DNA of 47,622 nucleotides from Circinaria calcarea (taxonomy: Eukaryota). Made by a program: the position numbers and the translations under genes. The notes beneath the pieces are model-generated. The model was not told the DNA's origin. It worked only from the letters and a program-made list of their open reading frames with translations, and made no database searches. Shown piece by piece: positions 13,776-25,909 of the stretch. The first letter of the stretch is position 1. Each line of letters starts with the position of its first letter. Location: the NCBI GenBank assembly GCA_051942165.1, contig JAVECS010000012.1, positions 1 to 47,622 of the forward strand. The letters are read 5' to 3'.

Positions 13776-15182
13776 TCATATCTTCTGACACCACCACGCT
13801 CCGGTCTCGAGGCATTCGCCATTGAATGTCCCGTTCTGCCCAATGAGGTCATTGGTCATTCCCGCCCACCACCGATCCCATTCGTCCTGTCTCATACCAC
13901 TTTCCTTCTTTAAAAGGATCTCCACGCTCTCAATAAACTGTATAGTAGTCACCAAAGCAGTGCGACGCAGTGCAGCTTGTTCCTCCGTCAGGGTCCTCGG
14001 TTCAACATTTGATTGTCTCTCTGCGGCTGGTGCAGGCTCATTCCGGTTTTGCTTAAGAGCATTTCCAATCCCTCCGACAATGCCTTCTTGCTCCTGCTCC
14101 CAACGTACTTCGCCGAATGGTATTGCAACTCTTCGCGAGCCAACTCTTTTGCATTTATCGGGGACGCTTGTAAAAGCCCAACTGACCATTGTACAAGGAG
14201 TTGCAGTGAAGCTTCGTTTCTCCAATGCCGCTTCTACCCAAGTATTATAATCTTGCAGAAATTTATTCTGCGATTTCGCAAATGCAGTGCTCGGAGATAT
14301 CAGGTAAGTGGCGGTATCCTCGGCTTGCCTTATATCCCTTTCGGTCACACCTGATAATTTCGACGGTATCGAAGGGTGCGGCAAGAGTGTACGAAACTCA
14401 TAGTCTGATTCCCAAACTTCTAGGACTCCTCCTGGTCTTAAAAACTGCAAATACTCCTCTATTGATGCGGTCTGTATTTCAGAGGCGGCCCTGCAGAAAC
14501 TCGTGTCCTTTATAAAGATGAAATCGAATTCTCCTTCCCGGAAAGGCAATGGGTGCTCCCCAACATCATGGCGGACAAATTGCCAATCCAGCCCGAGGAG
14601 AGAGAGATCTGGTGCAAGGGGTGCTATGTCCAAACCTGTGAAGGAAATCTTAGAGCAACCTCCTTGGCTCTTGAAGTAGTCATGGCAAATAGATGACCAG
14701 AATCCCGAACCACAAGCTAGTTCCAGAACCTTTGTCGGTGGTGAGTCTTTGAAAAACGGCGAACAAAAAGGTGCACCATTGACATTCACAAGCATTTCAG
14801 TTCGAAGCGTCTGTCTATGCAGTTCAGCAAGATCGACAGGTAGCGGATAGAGAAGACTTGGGTCGTTGAGAATACGTCGACCATATCGATGCACGAATGG
14901 ATTGGTCACATAGTCGGTAGATGTGCCTCGGGATGGAGTGCTCCAAGGGGAGTTTACAGCCGTCGGCGGCTCGAGGTTCGAGGCTGTCGTATCTTCCGGC
15001 CCCGCCTGTGAACTGCGAAGCTCAATTGATGTCTCTGCCTGACCATCTTGAGAAGCCTTGGGCTTGCGTGTAGTCGACTGTACACCAATCTGCAGGCTTT
15101 GAGCCTTAGCCCTGGCAGAAGTAGGCCGGTCAGTCGGCGCAAGATAGGCCCACCCGTCAGCAATCGTGGCCATCGTCGCCAT
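13776..15182 (-). CDS. Class I SAM-dependent methyltransferase (distantly LaeA-like)
   Basis: 468-aa ORF with motif I VLELACGSGFW, post-I FTGLDIAP, LPFREGEFDFI and LRPGGVLEVWE. Confidence 0.85.
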   Translation of the reverse strand: MATMATIADGWAYLAPTDRPTSARAKAQSLQIGVQSTTRKPKASQDGQAETSIELRSSQAGPEDTTASNLEPPTAVNSPWSTPSRGTSTDYVTNPFVHRYGRRILNDPSLLYPLPVDLAELHRQTLRTEMLVNVNGAPFCSPFFKDSPPTKVLELACGSGFWSSICHDYFKSQGGCSKISFTGLDIAPLAPDLSLLGLDWQFVRHDVGEHPLPFREGEFDFIFIKDTSFCRAASEIQTASIEEYLQFLRPGGVLEVWESDYEFRTLLPHPSIPSKLSGVTERDIRQAEDTATYLISPSTAFAKSQNKFLQDYNTWVEAALEKRSFTATPCTMVSWAFTSVPDKCKRVGSRRVAIPFGEVRWEQEQEGIVGGIGNALKQNRNEPAPAAERQSNVEPRTLTEEQAALRRTALVTTIQFIESVEILLKKESGMRQDEWDRWWAGMTNDLIGQNGTFNGECLETGAWWCQKI

Positions 15183-15949
15183 GATCCACTATCGACCATG
15201 AGGCAAGCCCGCGCAATTGGTTCCTAAATATTAAGCTCAACAGTGACAATCCGGTGAGCAAAAGTCGTTGCCGAAAATAGATAATATGGTGTTGGAGGAC
15301 CCCTCACATATATATCATAGCTGGTCGGATAGCATAAGACCTTGAACGTATAGAAGTCCTACTTAAAGGACTCGATTTATAGATATGGGAACGGAGCACC
15401 TCTCATACAATGATTGTAATATTCGAGGGTCGATGGGGTTGCCGAAATCGTCTTTCAGCGGCAACACCTTTTACGCACCCGACTTGAAGGCCGTTGAATT
15501 ACGTACGTCGCAAGGAGTAATCAAACTTAGGTGTGAGCAGCCTAAATCTAGCCGCAGCATGCGTCGAGTCTCCGGAAGATGTTAAGGTCTCTATGGGTAC
15601 TTGATTCTTAGATATCTAAGAGTACGGACAATCCGCAGTTTGGCCGGCCGTAAAGTACCCTGGACAAAGTAGAGAGATACGAGGGAGCTTGCAGATCTAA
15701 GGTGGCAATTAAAAGTTCAACCAATCGAAGGGTATTGCTTTACGGTGAGCGTAAAGGTGTTCCAGGGAACGGTCAAAGCAGCATCCTCATTCGAGGCCGT
15801 TGTGTAAAAGTCGTTGCCGTTGGAGAGCAATAGTTGTATGAAGGGTGTCCTAATACCTTGCTGCCTATGTAGTATTCCAAGCTGAAGTTGCTTACTATTA
15901 CGCGAGATCTCTATACACTAAATAGACTTAGTGCGTATTACATAATTAC

Positions 15950-15967
15950 TCACGTGAGTTCACGTGA
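15950..15967. promoter_or_regulatory. Tandem TCACGTGA E-box palindromes (bHLH/Cbf1-type)
   Basis: TCACGTGA-GT-TCACGTGA in the divergent intergenic region between the methyltransferase and CCR4. Confidence 0.5.
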
Positions 15968-17004
15968 CCAATTCCGGCACCTACCGGATTTCAAGCCCAG
16001 CTTCGGTAACGCTTGCATTGTTGATGAGAGGTAATTCTTGCAGGAGGGGTCCGCCGGGGTCATACTGCTATTCTCGGCGCCGACTTCTACTCATGCGCCT
16101 CAATTGGAGTACGTACTTTCATCATGGTCAATCGTATATCTTCAGGTAGATGAGTGATTCTTGAAGCGGCCTCTGATCAGCGCTTTGAGCTGGCATAACA
16201 GGCTTCGGACGAGGCTGGAAAATGCTTGACGACTATAGCATGAGGAGAGCTATAGATATCCCAACATAGTTATTGATTGTGGTGGTTAATGTGTGGCTGG
16301 TGCTTCAATCCCCATCAGATTCAGTACAAGCACAGGAGACAATCCGTGCACCGATTACATAAGCGCAGATTGGCAAAGGGAGGAAGCGTAAAGCCATGGG
16401 CAACCACACACTCTAGGAGAAAACCAATCTACAGCACGTCGCGTAACTCTATCAACTGGATTTAGACTGGAGTCCCGGACGCAAGATTCTAGCAATCCAT
16501 TCGATGTTTTAGAGAGCCACTCCCCAGAACGATTTGCGACGGCTGTACTTCGAGCGAGTAAGTCACTACTACTCCTCATAATGCTCTGAATATCCTAGGA
16601 CGAGAAAGAAGCTAATCAGAATTGAGTACAGTTTGTCAAAGACGATTGCAAACATCCGCAGGGTTGTGATATTATCAGCTCCTCCCGGTGATAGTACGAA
16701 CACAACAGACGAGCACTCAACGACGACGGGCTGTAAAATTTGCGATCTGTCAGGCGATACACCTTATAACCAGCTCCACTTGAAACCGTCCTCCAGACAA
16801 CAGACGCATGAGCGAAAACTAAAGATCGTCCCCGTAGCAGGACTGTGTTCATGAAGGTAGACGACGACTCATCCTATGTTCAGAAAACGGCGGCCAAAAC
16901 ACCACCTCTACCCTCTATAGATCTAGCACAACCACACTGCGACTGCTCTTCTCATAGATTCCAACCGAGACAATCCCCGCGAAGCCTAGCGTCTGCCTCA
17001 ATCC

Positions 17005-19366
17005 ATGGCAGATGGTGCTTACCGGTTCCACCAGGCCGGGCCCGGTCAAGGTCCATATTTCTATCCACCCCACAACCAACAAGTACACCATCAACGTCAT
17101 TTGGTGCGGAACAGCTCTCCAGTGAACAGTGGACGAGCTGGCTACAATACCGAAACCCCGTCACCTTCCCGATCCCCTGTTTCACAGATAACTTCCCACA
17201 ATTCTTTCAATATGTATAACCAAAGTCAGCAGCCTGGCCAGCATGGCCTGATAAACGGCGGAACAAACCATCGCTTCATGCAAATGAATGCTCCCCATAA
17301 ATACCCGCAGCACCAGTCTCATCAACAGCACCCAAGCCAACAGACGCTCCACCAGCAAAATCATGGGGGTCTTCATGCGCATGGAAATTTGAGCCACCAG
17401 CACACCTTTTCTTCAGGCATGATATCCACCTCCACGCCCAATTTTACTCCTAATGGTCTCCACAATGGGGCTCCGGATGAAGACCACGAGGACACCGGCG
17501 AACCCATGACCGAACATTGGCAGTTTCAAGTACAGCGCGCTGCTGATTCAAGGCAATCCGCGTCAGTGTCACATCGTCATTCTAGGAAAGAAGGGGTCAC
17601 GCGGGTCAGCAGAGGAAGTCTAGTGGCCACGATGGAAGAGTCACAAAAAGATGGGGACTTGTTAGAGCGGCATCGTGCGACGTCTGTTCTAGACCATCAG
17701 AGGCAAGATTGGGATGGTTTGGACCTCAGTGGGCAAGGCATTCGGAACGTGTCGGCCGCACTCTTTGATCATTATGCCTTTCTCGATAAGCTCTACATTG
17801 ACGGTAACAAACTTGAGTGCCTTCCTCCAGCCATAGGCCAATTACGAAATCTTAGCCTCCTGGAAGCCTCGAACAACGATCTAAGAGAATTACCTGAGGC
17901 TATAGGTATGCTAGTAAACCTGAAGGAACTTTATGTTTTCGACAATAGCATCAGCACCCTTCCGTACGAGGTGGGATACCTATACAAACTGTTTATGCTA
18001 GGTATTGAGGGCAATCCACTTGATGAGGAGCTCAAGGAGATTGTCATGAGATATGGGACTAAAGCCCTCGTGGTACACTTGAGGGATACCATGGAAGGTA
18101 CGGAAAATCCACCTGCCACAGACTCTAAGTCTTTAGGTACCTCCAATTATTGACAGCTCAACACTGACATGTACAGCTGGTCATCCACCAAGGGAGCGGG
18201 AAATGGTGGTCCCGGATACTTCGGAGGCGAGCGAGAAATTCTCGGTATTGGATTTTAACATTCTCGGCGAATATTGTGCAACCACTGCTCTGTATGGTTA
18301 CACTCCATCCCAAGCCCTATCCTGGGAGTACCGTCGAGATCTTATCCTTGAAGAGATCAAAAAGCGCGATGCAGATATCGTTTGTTTGCAGGAAGTGAAT
18401 ATGGAAAGTTACAACGAGTTCTTCCGAAGGGAGCTCGCCTTCCAGTTTTACAAAGGGGCTTTTTGGCCCAGATCACGGGCACGGACAATGGCAGAAAAGG
18501 AGGCCAGACTGGTCGACGGATGCGCCACATTTTATAAGGTTCAGAAGTACATTATGCTCGATAAGCAAGTAATCGACTTTGCAAATGCCGCAATCAACCG
18601 ACCAGACATGAAAGGCGAACATGATATTTTCAACCGCGTCATGCCACGGGACCATATTGCCGTGGTCACATTCTTTGAGAATAGAGTCACCGGCTCCCGG
18701 ATGATCGTCGTAAACACACACATCTACTGGGATCCGGCTTTTACGGACGTGAAGCTCGTCCAGGTTGCCATCTTGATGGAGCAGGTTACAAAGTTGGCGG
18801 ACCGGTGGGCAACGTTCCCGCCGTGCACAGACAAGCAAGTTTTCCGGCACACGGAGCAAGATAACGAAATGGGCCCTGATATTCCGGAGGAGTTGCAGCT
18901 GGAGTATGGCCCATCGCTCGAGTACTCGACAGGCTCGCAGATTCCGCTGGTAGTATGTGGTGATTTTAACTCAGAACAGCATACGGGCGTGTATAACCTA
19001 CTCAACTGCGGTGCGCTCTCTGGTGACCACCCGGACCTAGACCAGCGGGGCTACGGGAATCTTACCCGTGATGGCATGGCGCATCCCTTCACCCTCAAAT
19101 CAGCCTACACTGACCAAATGGCGTTCACTAACTACACCCCGGGCTACACAGCTATTGTCGATTATATCTGGCATTCAAGCAACTCCTTGAAGGTGAAACG
19201 GCTACTGGGTGATGTGGACAAGTCGCATCTGCAGAAAATCCCAGGATTTCCCAACTTCTACTTCCCGAGCGATCATCTACCGCTATTTGTGGAGTTTTCG
19301 GTCGAGCCAAGAAAGGAGCGTCCCAAAGCTGTAGAGGCAGATTTCGGATCGCAGAGGCACCGTTGA
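17005..19366 (+). CDS. CCR4: CCR4-NOT deadenylase subunit Ccr4 (LRR + EEP nuclease), 2 exons
   Basis: Exons 17005-18097 and 18177-19366. Q/H-rich N-terminus, LRRs (LDLSGQGI, LYIDGNKL), EEP motifs CLQEV, CGDFNS, DYIW, PSDH. Confidence 0.96.
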
Positions 19367-20688
19367 ACCCGAGAGCCCTCTAGATTACGATGCCAATACG
19401 GTTCCGTTCGAATTCCATCTTCGACATTCCCGTCTCTGTGATTAGACCGGTATTTTCGAAGTAGCCGAGTCTTTGCTGGCCTGGGTTGAGTAGAGGCGTC
19501 TTGGAAAACGATTGTACAGGCGGAGTCGCGCGTTTCTTCGGTGAGGCAGTTGAACACGGTTTGGAGTTTGCAGGCAGGTTCTACTGTTCTTCGCATGAGT
19601 TATGTTGGAGAAAGGCGGATCTTGGACGACGGATAAGGCCAGCTAGGGGCTCATGTTTCTCCGTTGGTTGTCGTTGGCGTTCGTCGGACAGGTTTCTCCT
19701 TTGTTCTGAGCAGCATTGCGCCCTTTGGTCTTTTGTCATGAGTGCTGTCTCCAAAGGCCCGGTAGGGTTTGTAGCAGTACCGTATAGCAAATGAGAGAAT
19801 CCTTGGTTCGTATCGGATGCTTCCCTGTCCTGCAGTCATGTCTCCGCCAATGTCAGTGCGCTGGCAGACTCCCATGTCCCGGTTCACGACGGCATGCATC
19901 TTTTAAAGTTTGCCAAGCCCCTCCGCAAGTCTCGGGCATTTCCTTTCTGCTGAGCCCTGCCGACTGGTAGGATCTAAGCAGAGGCGGAAGCTTGAACAGC
20001 CGCTGCGCCAGGAGGCGGGTAGATTGGCTTCATCACCAGCGCCGAGGTCATTGTCGTATGCCCCTGCGGCTCTTCAACCGCGGCATCTAATGTACTCGGA
20101 TATGAAACAGACGGACCTGGTCAGGTTGCTCTTTGCGAAATGACATTGTTACGTGGGCTGATTTCTGTCAGCAAAGAACGCGAGGATACTACATTTTACA
20201 GACGTGCTACATCGTTTCAGTCTCTGCAACGTGCTGTCCTGAGGAGATCTAAAGGGCCTCTGTTTTCTACCAGCCCCTCATAGGGTCTTGCATCTCACCC
20301 CGAGGTGGTCTCTTCGAGTTCGACTCCGTAGGGCACGTAGCTTCTCGTCGACTCCGGGTCTGCACCAGAGCCTTTTCTTGTATGGCCATGCATGTAAGGT
20401 AGGGGACTACAATCGCCTTCATCGGATAGAGGAGTACTAACCGAGCCGGGGAAGGATCGCAGCGCCTAGTGCTACCTTAATTTGCACCTTGGGTTGGGCT
20501 TCTTCCTCGCCCAATCAGAGGGTGCAGAGTCAGCTTCTAGAAGGTCTCCGACGCCAAAGGCTCTGTCTTCTCCACTCGGCGCTTTTTCTCTATGGTCGTA
20601 CAGAATAGTGGCGTCTTAGCATCCCTTTAGTAGCATCCCTGCCCCACAGGCGCACCACTTAACAATAGGCCTATCCACGGCCTATTCT

Positions 20689-20700
20689 CCCCCCCCCCCC
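20689..20700 (+). repeat. C12 homopolymer upstream of the PDE gene
   Basis: Run of 12 C read directly. Confidence 0.8.
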
Positions 20701-20935
20701 AAAAGTGGCCCTACCGTGACGAGGAAGACAGACATCTTGCGACATGGACAGCATTCGGACTCGCCCTCGTCGCTAATTGTGCCCCAAGACGGCCATCTTT
20801 CCCTCCAAGCCTTCCTTGCTCTTCTTCATTACCATCCACCACCTCTGCCCGACTCGACTGACCGCTACCTTGTCGTATTTCTCAGACAAGGTGGAATTGA
20901 GGCAGTGGAAGGACTCCCACACGTATTCGAACCGG

Positions 20936-21049
20936 ATGTTGCGCATAGAGCCAACGTCCTTGCCCCTGCGACGCTGGCGCCGCTACAGCATACCTGTGAA
21001 TTTTGGAGACCTATCTGGCCTTGCGAGATCGCTGTGGTCGGGATCATAA
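20936..21049 (+). other. Candidate 37-aa upstream ORF in the PDE leader
   Basis: ATG..TAA encoding MLRIEPTSLPLRRWRRYSIPVNFGDLSGLARSLWSGS. It follows a branch point/acceptor-like signal (ACTGAC..TTTCTCAG ending 20885). Confidence 0.4.
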
Positions 21050-21807
21050 CGTCGGTCGAACACAAGTGAAGTGGGACTGAGGCAAGAGTCCGCGCCGGGA
21101 ATCCGTTGCGCTGCTCAAGAGATTATAGTTGGGTTCGGAGCCATTGGGAGGACGTCGACAAGACAGAAGCACATTCTTTCGTACCCGGTGCATAAACACA
21201 CTCGACTGGCCATCGACGTCTGTACAGTACCCGTTGTTGAAATCGGGCAAGGAGTCGTAAGGTCTTTCTCCCGTATCATCCATTCGCCATTTCCGGAAGG
21301 ATCTCTGCCCTTCAATATACGAAGCTTCCCTTTTAGGCGCTGTCCTTCGAGTTAATCTCTGTTTGAAAAGTCTTCGAGGGTCTACCTTGACTATCACCAA
21401 AAACACACCCCTTCTTACAGCTTTACAGATCTCCGGCTTTCCTTACCTTTCGTACTAACCTAGAGACGTGACCGTCAGATAGCAGTTATTAGGATATCGC
21501 TAGTACCGAACACGTCGAATTTTCCAACCCGGTAACTGTTCATGACACCAGGCTTGCTCAATAATTCGCAGCTTCGACTGACTTGTCTGACTGGTGTATT
21601 TTACTCGACCACAGGTTTGCGGACACTGTAATTGGATACAACAGTTTGTTTTTCCTGGTTCTGCGGACGTCAAGTCAGATTAGCGAAGCAAAAGGCTTCT
21701 GTGCTGAAGATCGAAATATACTGCATGGTGAGATCATAAGATCATCCGTCAAGGTTCATAGTCCAGCCAGCAAACTTGCGAGTTCCGCCATTAAGCAAGC
21801 AGCCGGT

Positions 21808-24800
21808 ATGGATCATGCAACTTACCATGTTGTCTATGTCGACAAGCGAGCCTACAAGGACAGGTACGAAGAGAGGAGCGCACCTAGGGCCTCTCTTCCT
21901 CCAACAGTTATGCCTGAGTCTACGGGTGGATTCAGTCTAGAACCAGAGGAGGTGCAGCTGAATTTGCGCAGCCTTTTGACTGTCTTCCCTGGAGGTACGT
22001 CAGAGCAGAGCCTCGGTGTGCCAATTAGTTTGTCAACTCATCTGCATAACATGAGGCTCCTCCCCGAGAAATAAGATGGTTGACTTTGACTAGTTCATGT
22101 TTTTACCTCAGGCACTTCTTGTATGGCTAAGCTTCGAGATCTCAATGAGTCCATTGAGAATGATCTTGTGCCTACCTTCGTCATACTCGATGTCCCCCTG
22201 GCGTCCGATCTCGACGACCAGCCTCCTGAAACGGCGCCTTTCGAGCGTTCTACCCCTTCTCCAACCTCTCAACCCGTGAGTCCCGAGGGTTGGGCGTTAT
22301 CACCGTCGCCGAATGCAGAAGAGTTCTATAGCTTGCTTCTCCTCCAGCATATCGTGGGTGAGATATCATATTCGAATCTGTCCAAACTGGTTTTACCAAT
22401 CGCCATGACGCACAACCGGGAAAATGGTCTTCATGCTCAATACGGGGTTGCCTCTGGGCGTCCACCGCGTCCAGGTTCAAGCAAACCCCGTCTTTTCGCT
22501 GGGAATTCCAACGCAACTGACCGCGACTTACTCGGACCAAGCGCACCTGTGGATCCAAAGCGAATGATGAGATGCCTTGAGGCTGGTGCTGTTGACGTTC
22601 TCACTAGCCCGCTACGTAGCGATCGCATTTATGGATTGACCACTCACGCATATCGCGCGCATAAAGAGGCCTCAAAAGACCAAGCAGCGTTTCTTGCGAC
22701 GAAGCGGCTACGGAAACGTTCATGGGTCGGCTTAGACGAAGAACAGCCCTACGGTTATTTGCGGGAATCAATGTACGTGCAATAGAAGCCCTTCATATCC
22801 TTCACTCTTCCACGTTGCACTCCATGATTGTCTCATAACTAACTTATCTACTAATAATTATGTCTAGGGTCTCGACCCTGATGACTAGCATTTGCAAACC
22901 AGAAAGTGTGCTACACTCATTAGACCAGAGGTAACAAACACATTCGAATCCTCGAAAGTCCAAGACCGTTACGATTGGCTGACATCCCAAACACTAGGGA
23001 TCTCTACACTCTCAGTCACCGGCAAGAGGCCGTTGTAGCCAAAGCGATCGGTAGCTGGAACTTTTCCGCTCATGACTTTTCCGAAGACGAATTAGTCCAT
23101 GCATCTTTCCTCATGCTCCAGCATGCACTTAACATGCCTGAATTGAAACCTTGGCGGATTCCAGCAGGTAGGCTTGATTGGCAATCGAGTAGTATGCAAG
23201 CACCCGACATCTGACGCGAAACCCACAGATGATTTGAAGTATTTTCTCATGGCCTGCCGAGCCGCCTACAACGGATTTGTTCTTTACCATAATTTCCGCC
23301 ACGTTGTCGACGTGCTACAAGCGAGTTTCTATTTCCTCCTGCAATTGGGCACACTTCCACAGTATTCAAGTCCGGCGGCAGTATCAGAAACTGGCAAGGT
23401 GGTGTCACCCATTGCAGCATTATTAAAGCCCTTTGACGCCTTGACACTGCTCATTGCTGCAATTGGGCATGATGTGGGGCACCCCGGGGTTAATAACGCT
23501 TTTCTTGTCGCCCTAAAAGCTCCCCTGGCGCAGCTGTATAATGACAATTCGGTCCTTGAAGCCTTCCACTGCGCGGCTTATTCGCAGATCTTGCGACGCT
23601 ACTGGTGTACAGCCTTCGAAGACACCAACTTGCGTCGCCTGCTGATCAAGTCAATACTCGCTACGGACATGGGCGTTCACTTCAAATACATGGCTGATCT
23701 CGGCAATTTACAGGAGAAACTGCATCACAATAAGGGTACAGATGGGTGGAACGATAAAGTACTGGATGAGTATCGAACGCTAGCCTGCGGGCTCCTTATC
23801 AAATGCGCCGACATTAGCAATGTGGTTTGTACACTCTAAATTAAGACTTTGATGGTAGCTAAATATTAGTAGGCCAGGCCCTTCAAAGTAGCCGCGAAAT
23901 GGTCGGATATTCTCCAGCTCGAATTCGCTAAGCAAGGCGAGATGGAGAAGGACGTCGGTATTCCAACAACACTGTTTGGTGGACCTCCGGAGCTAGGTAA
24001 CATAACGAAGCTGGCGAATTCCCAGATTGGATTCATGAACATCTTTGCCAGTCCGCTGTTCGAATCGGTTGCGGATATCTTGCCTGGAATGCAATTCGCA
24101 GTCAACGAGATTAAGGCGAACCAAAAGGTGTGGAAATATAAAATCGAAGAAGAGAAGGTCAAACAAGACCCCAAGCTGGAAAGACTGAGACATACTGAAG
24201 GCTTCCGCTCACCTCGGTCAGGTAGTCCTGGTCGATCTATGACGAGCCAGCATGAGCTTTCGCATCCCGAAGGACTGCTTGCCTCTGGGTCTTCGCCAGC
24301 ACTACCAACAGACGTTCCGATGAGCACATCATCTCCGGTACTCAACCTCGAGTCTCGTCGTGCCTCACCTGGGTCCCCTCCTGCGCTATTGGCAGAAAAT
24401 AGGTCTCCACCTGCGTCCCTCGGCCATTCCCGCCATTCTTCCCTCACTCAACAGCTTGACCCTTCTGGTTCGACGCATGAAGCTATGTCTCTTTCTCGTC
24501 GCTCATCAGGTGCGTTTCCTGGCGCGAACATCTTGCCTCCAGCTCTTTCCACGAAACGATCAAGTAACACCGTACCCAGTCAGTTGCAATTGAATTTGGT
24601 GGGCTCAAGCACATCTTCGAGTGTCTCGGTTGGGGTCATGGCTCCAGATAATGCCAGGTACCCCCTTCGCGCATCGACGGACGATCTACCCAGCTCTGGA
24701 GTCTCTAGTGTGGGCATAGCTGGGCAAATGGATGAATCGGGTCGCCATGGGAGTCTGAGCGAAAGTGCCTCGAGTAATAGCGGTGGAGGCGGCAGTGGGG

Positions 24801-25309
24801 CCTTCCGAAAACACCGTGGGGACAAAGGGGATCAGGATGCCAACCCTATCCATCCTTTCAACCCGCCTCACCAGCATTTCTCACGCCCGGTTTCCAATCG
24901 CCACTCCACTGTACCGTCGTCAGGTTGCTATTCAATATACTCCTCGGGCCGAGATCGGCGTTCAAATGCCACGTCCGAAGCGTTTACTTTCTCAAGTCAC
25001 GTTTTGCCTAGCTCACCGACGGAAACACAAGCAACCAGCTTCTTGACCGATGGCAGCGATGTTGGAGTCAACGATACGGCGTCCCCCTTGTCACCTGAAT
25101 TGCTGCACATAGAACGACCTGGCAGCGGACATAAGTCATTGGCTACTCCTTTTGCTAAAGGAGACATTGAGAAAGCAAACGAAGTTAAGACTAGTGTAGC
25201 AGGGATCACCAGTCATGCGCCTCTCAAAGAGGAGAAAGAAATTCGCAGAAAAGGGAGCCGGTTCCGTCTCGATTTTTGGAAGAGGAAGGGAAAGGAGGTG
25301 GGATTTTAA
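21808..25309 (+). CDS. PDE2: High-affinity class I cAMP phosphodiesterase (Pde2/PdeH/PdeB), 6 exons
   Basis: Exons 21808-21994, 22094-22772, 22868-22930, 22998-23167, 23229-23824, 23873-25309. PDEase I motifs YHNFRHVVDV, HDVGHPGVNN, LEAFH, ILATDM, IKCADISN, SQIGF. Confidence 0.95.
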
Positions 25310-25909
25310 ATTCTTGGGCTAGCAGACGGCTCCTCCTCGATGGTATGGGGGAGGACGGAGGCATAGCCATAGCCGGCATGGCGATTTTGTGGCCTATCGC
25401 TTGTTCTTGATTGCTCTACTTGCTTTGGCGTTCGACAACTACTGGCGCAAAAGGGCTCAGCGGCTCCCAATTCAGATACCCTGGGTTGTTACTCTGTCAA
25501 ATTAGCATAGGGTGGCAGATATGAGTTCGTTGGGAGGGAACTCAAAGCTTGCATCGTTTTAAAGTTCTGCATGGAAGGAATCAGGGAAGGCCCTTATCCC
25601 TCATGAGCCATGGGCGGTGTAGATGATTCTAAGGAGGCGATGGACACAAGGGCTTAGATGGCATGGAACGGACGATGGAAACGTCCAAGGACGGAGAATG
25701 AGTTGATGGAGATGTACCACACAACTCCGTCATGTGGTCGGCGGTCTTGGTAGCTTTAACGCAGTCTCCACGGATCTGAATGCTGATCAGATTCTAGTTC
25801 TGGTCGTTATTAAACCCACGCTGATATCCGCAATGAAGGTGCGACATTAAGCCATGATGCATGATCCACTTTCTGCTGATGGCCCGGCCAAGTTCACCAC
25901 ACAAGCTGC

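Noticed and set aside
20310..20335. GTTCGACTC resembles a tRNA T-loop
   Set aside because: The flanks do not form a T-stem, acceptor stem or cloverleaf.
21583..21807. TTG-initiated in-frame extension of the PDE
   Set aside because: The TTG lies inside a probable UTR intron (21532-21614), and the peptide shows no recognisable features.
19366..21807. Telomerase RNA in a large intergenic gap
   Set aside because: I saw no TAACCCTAA-type template on either strand.
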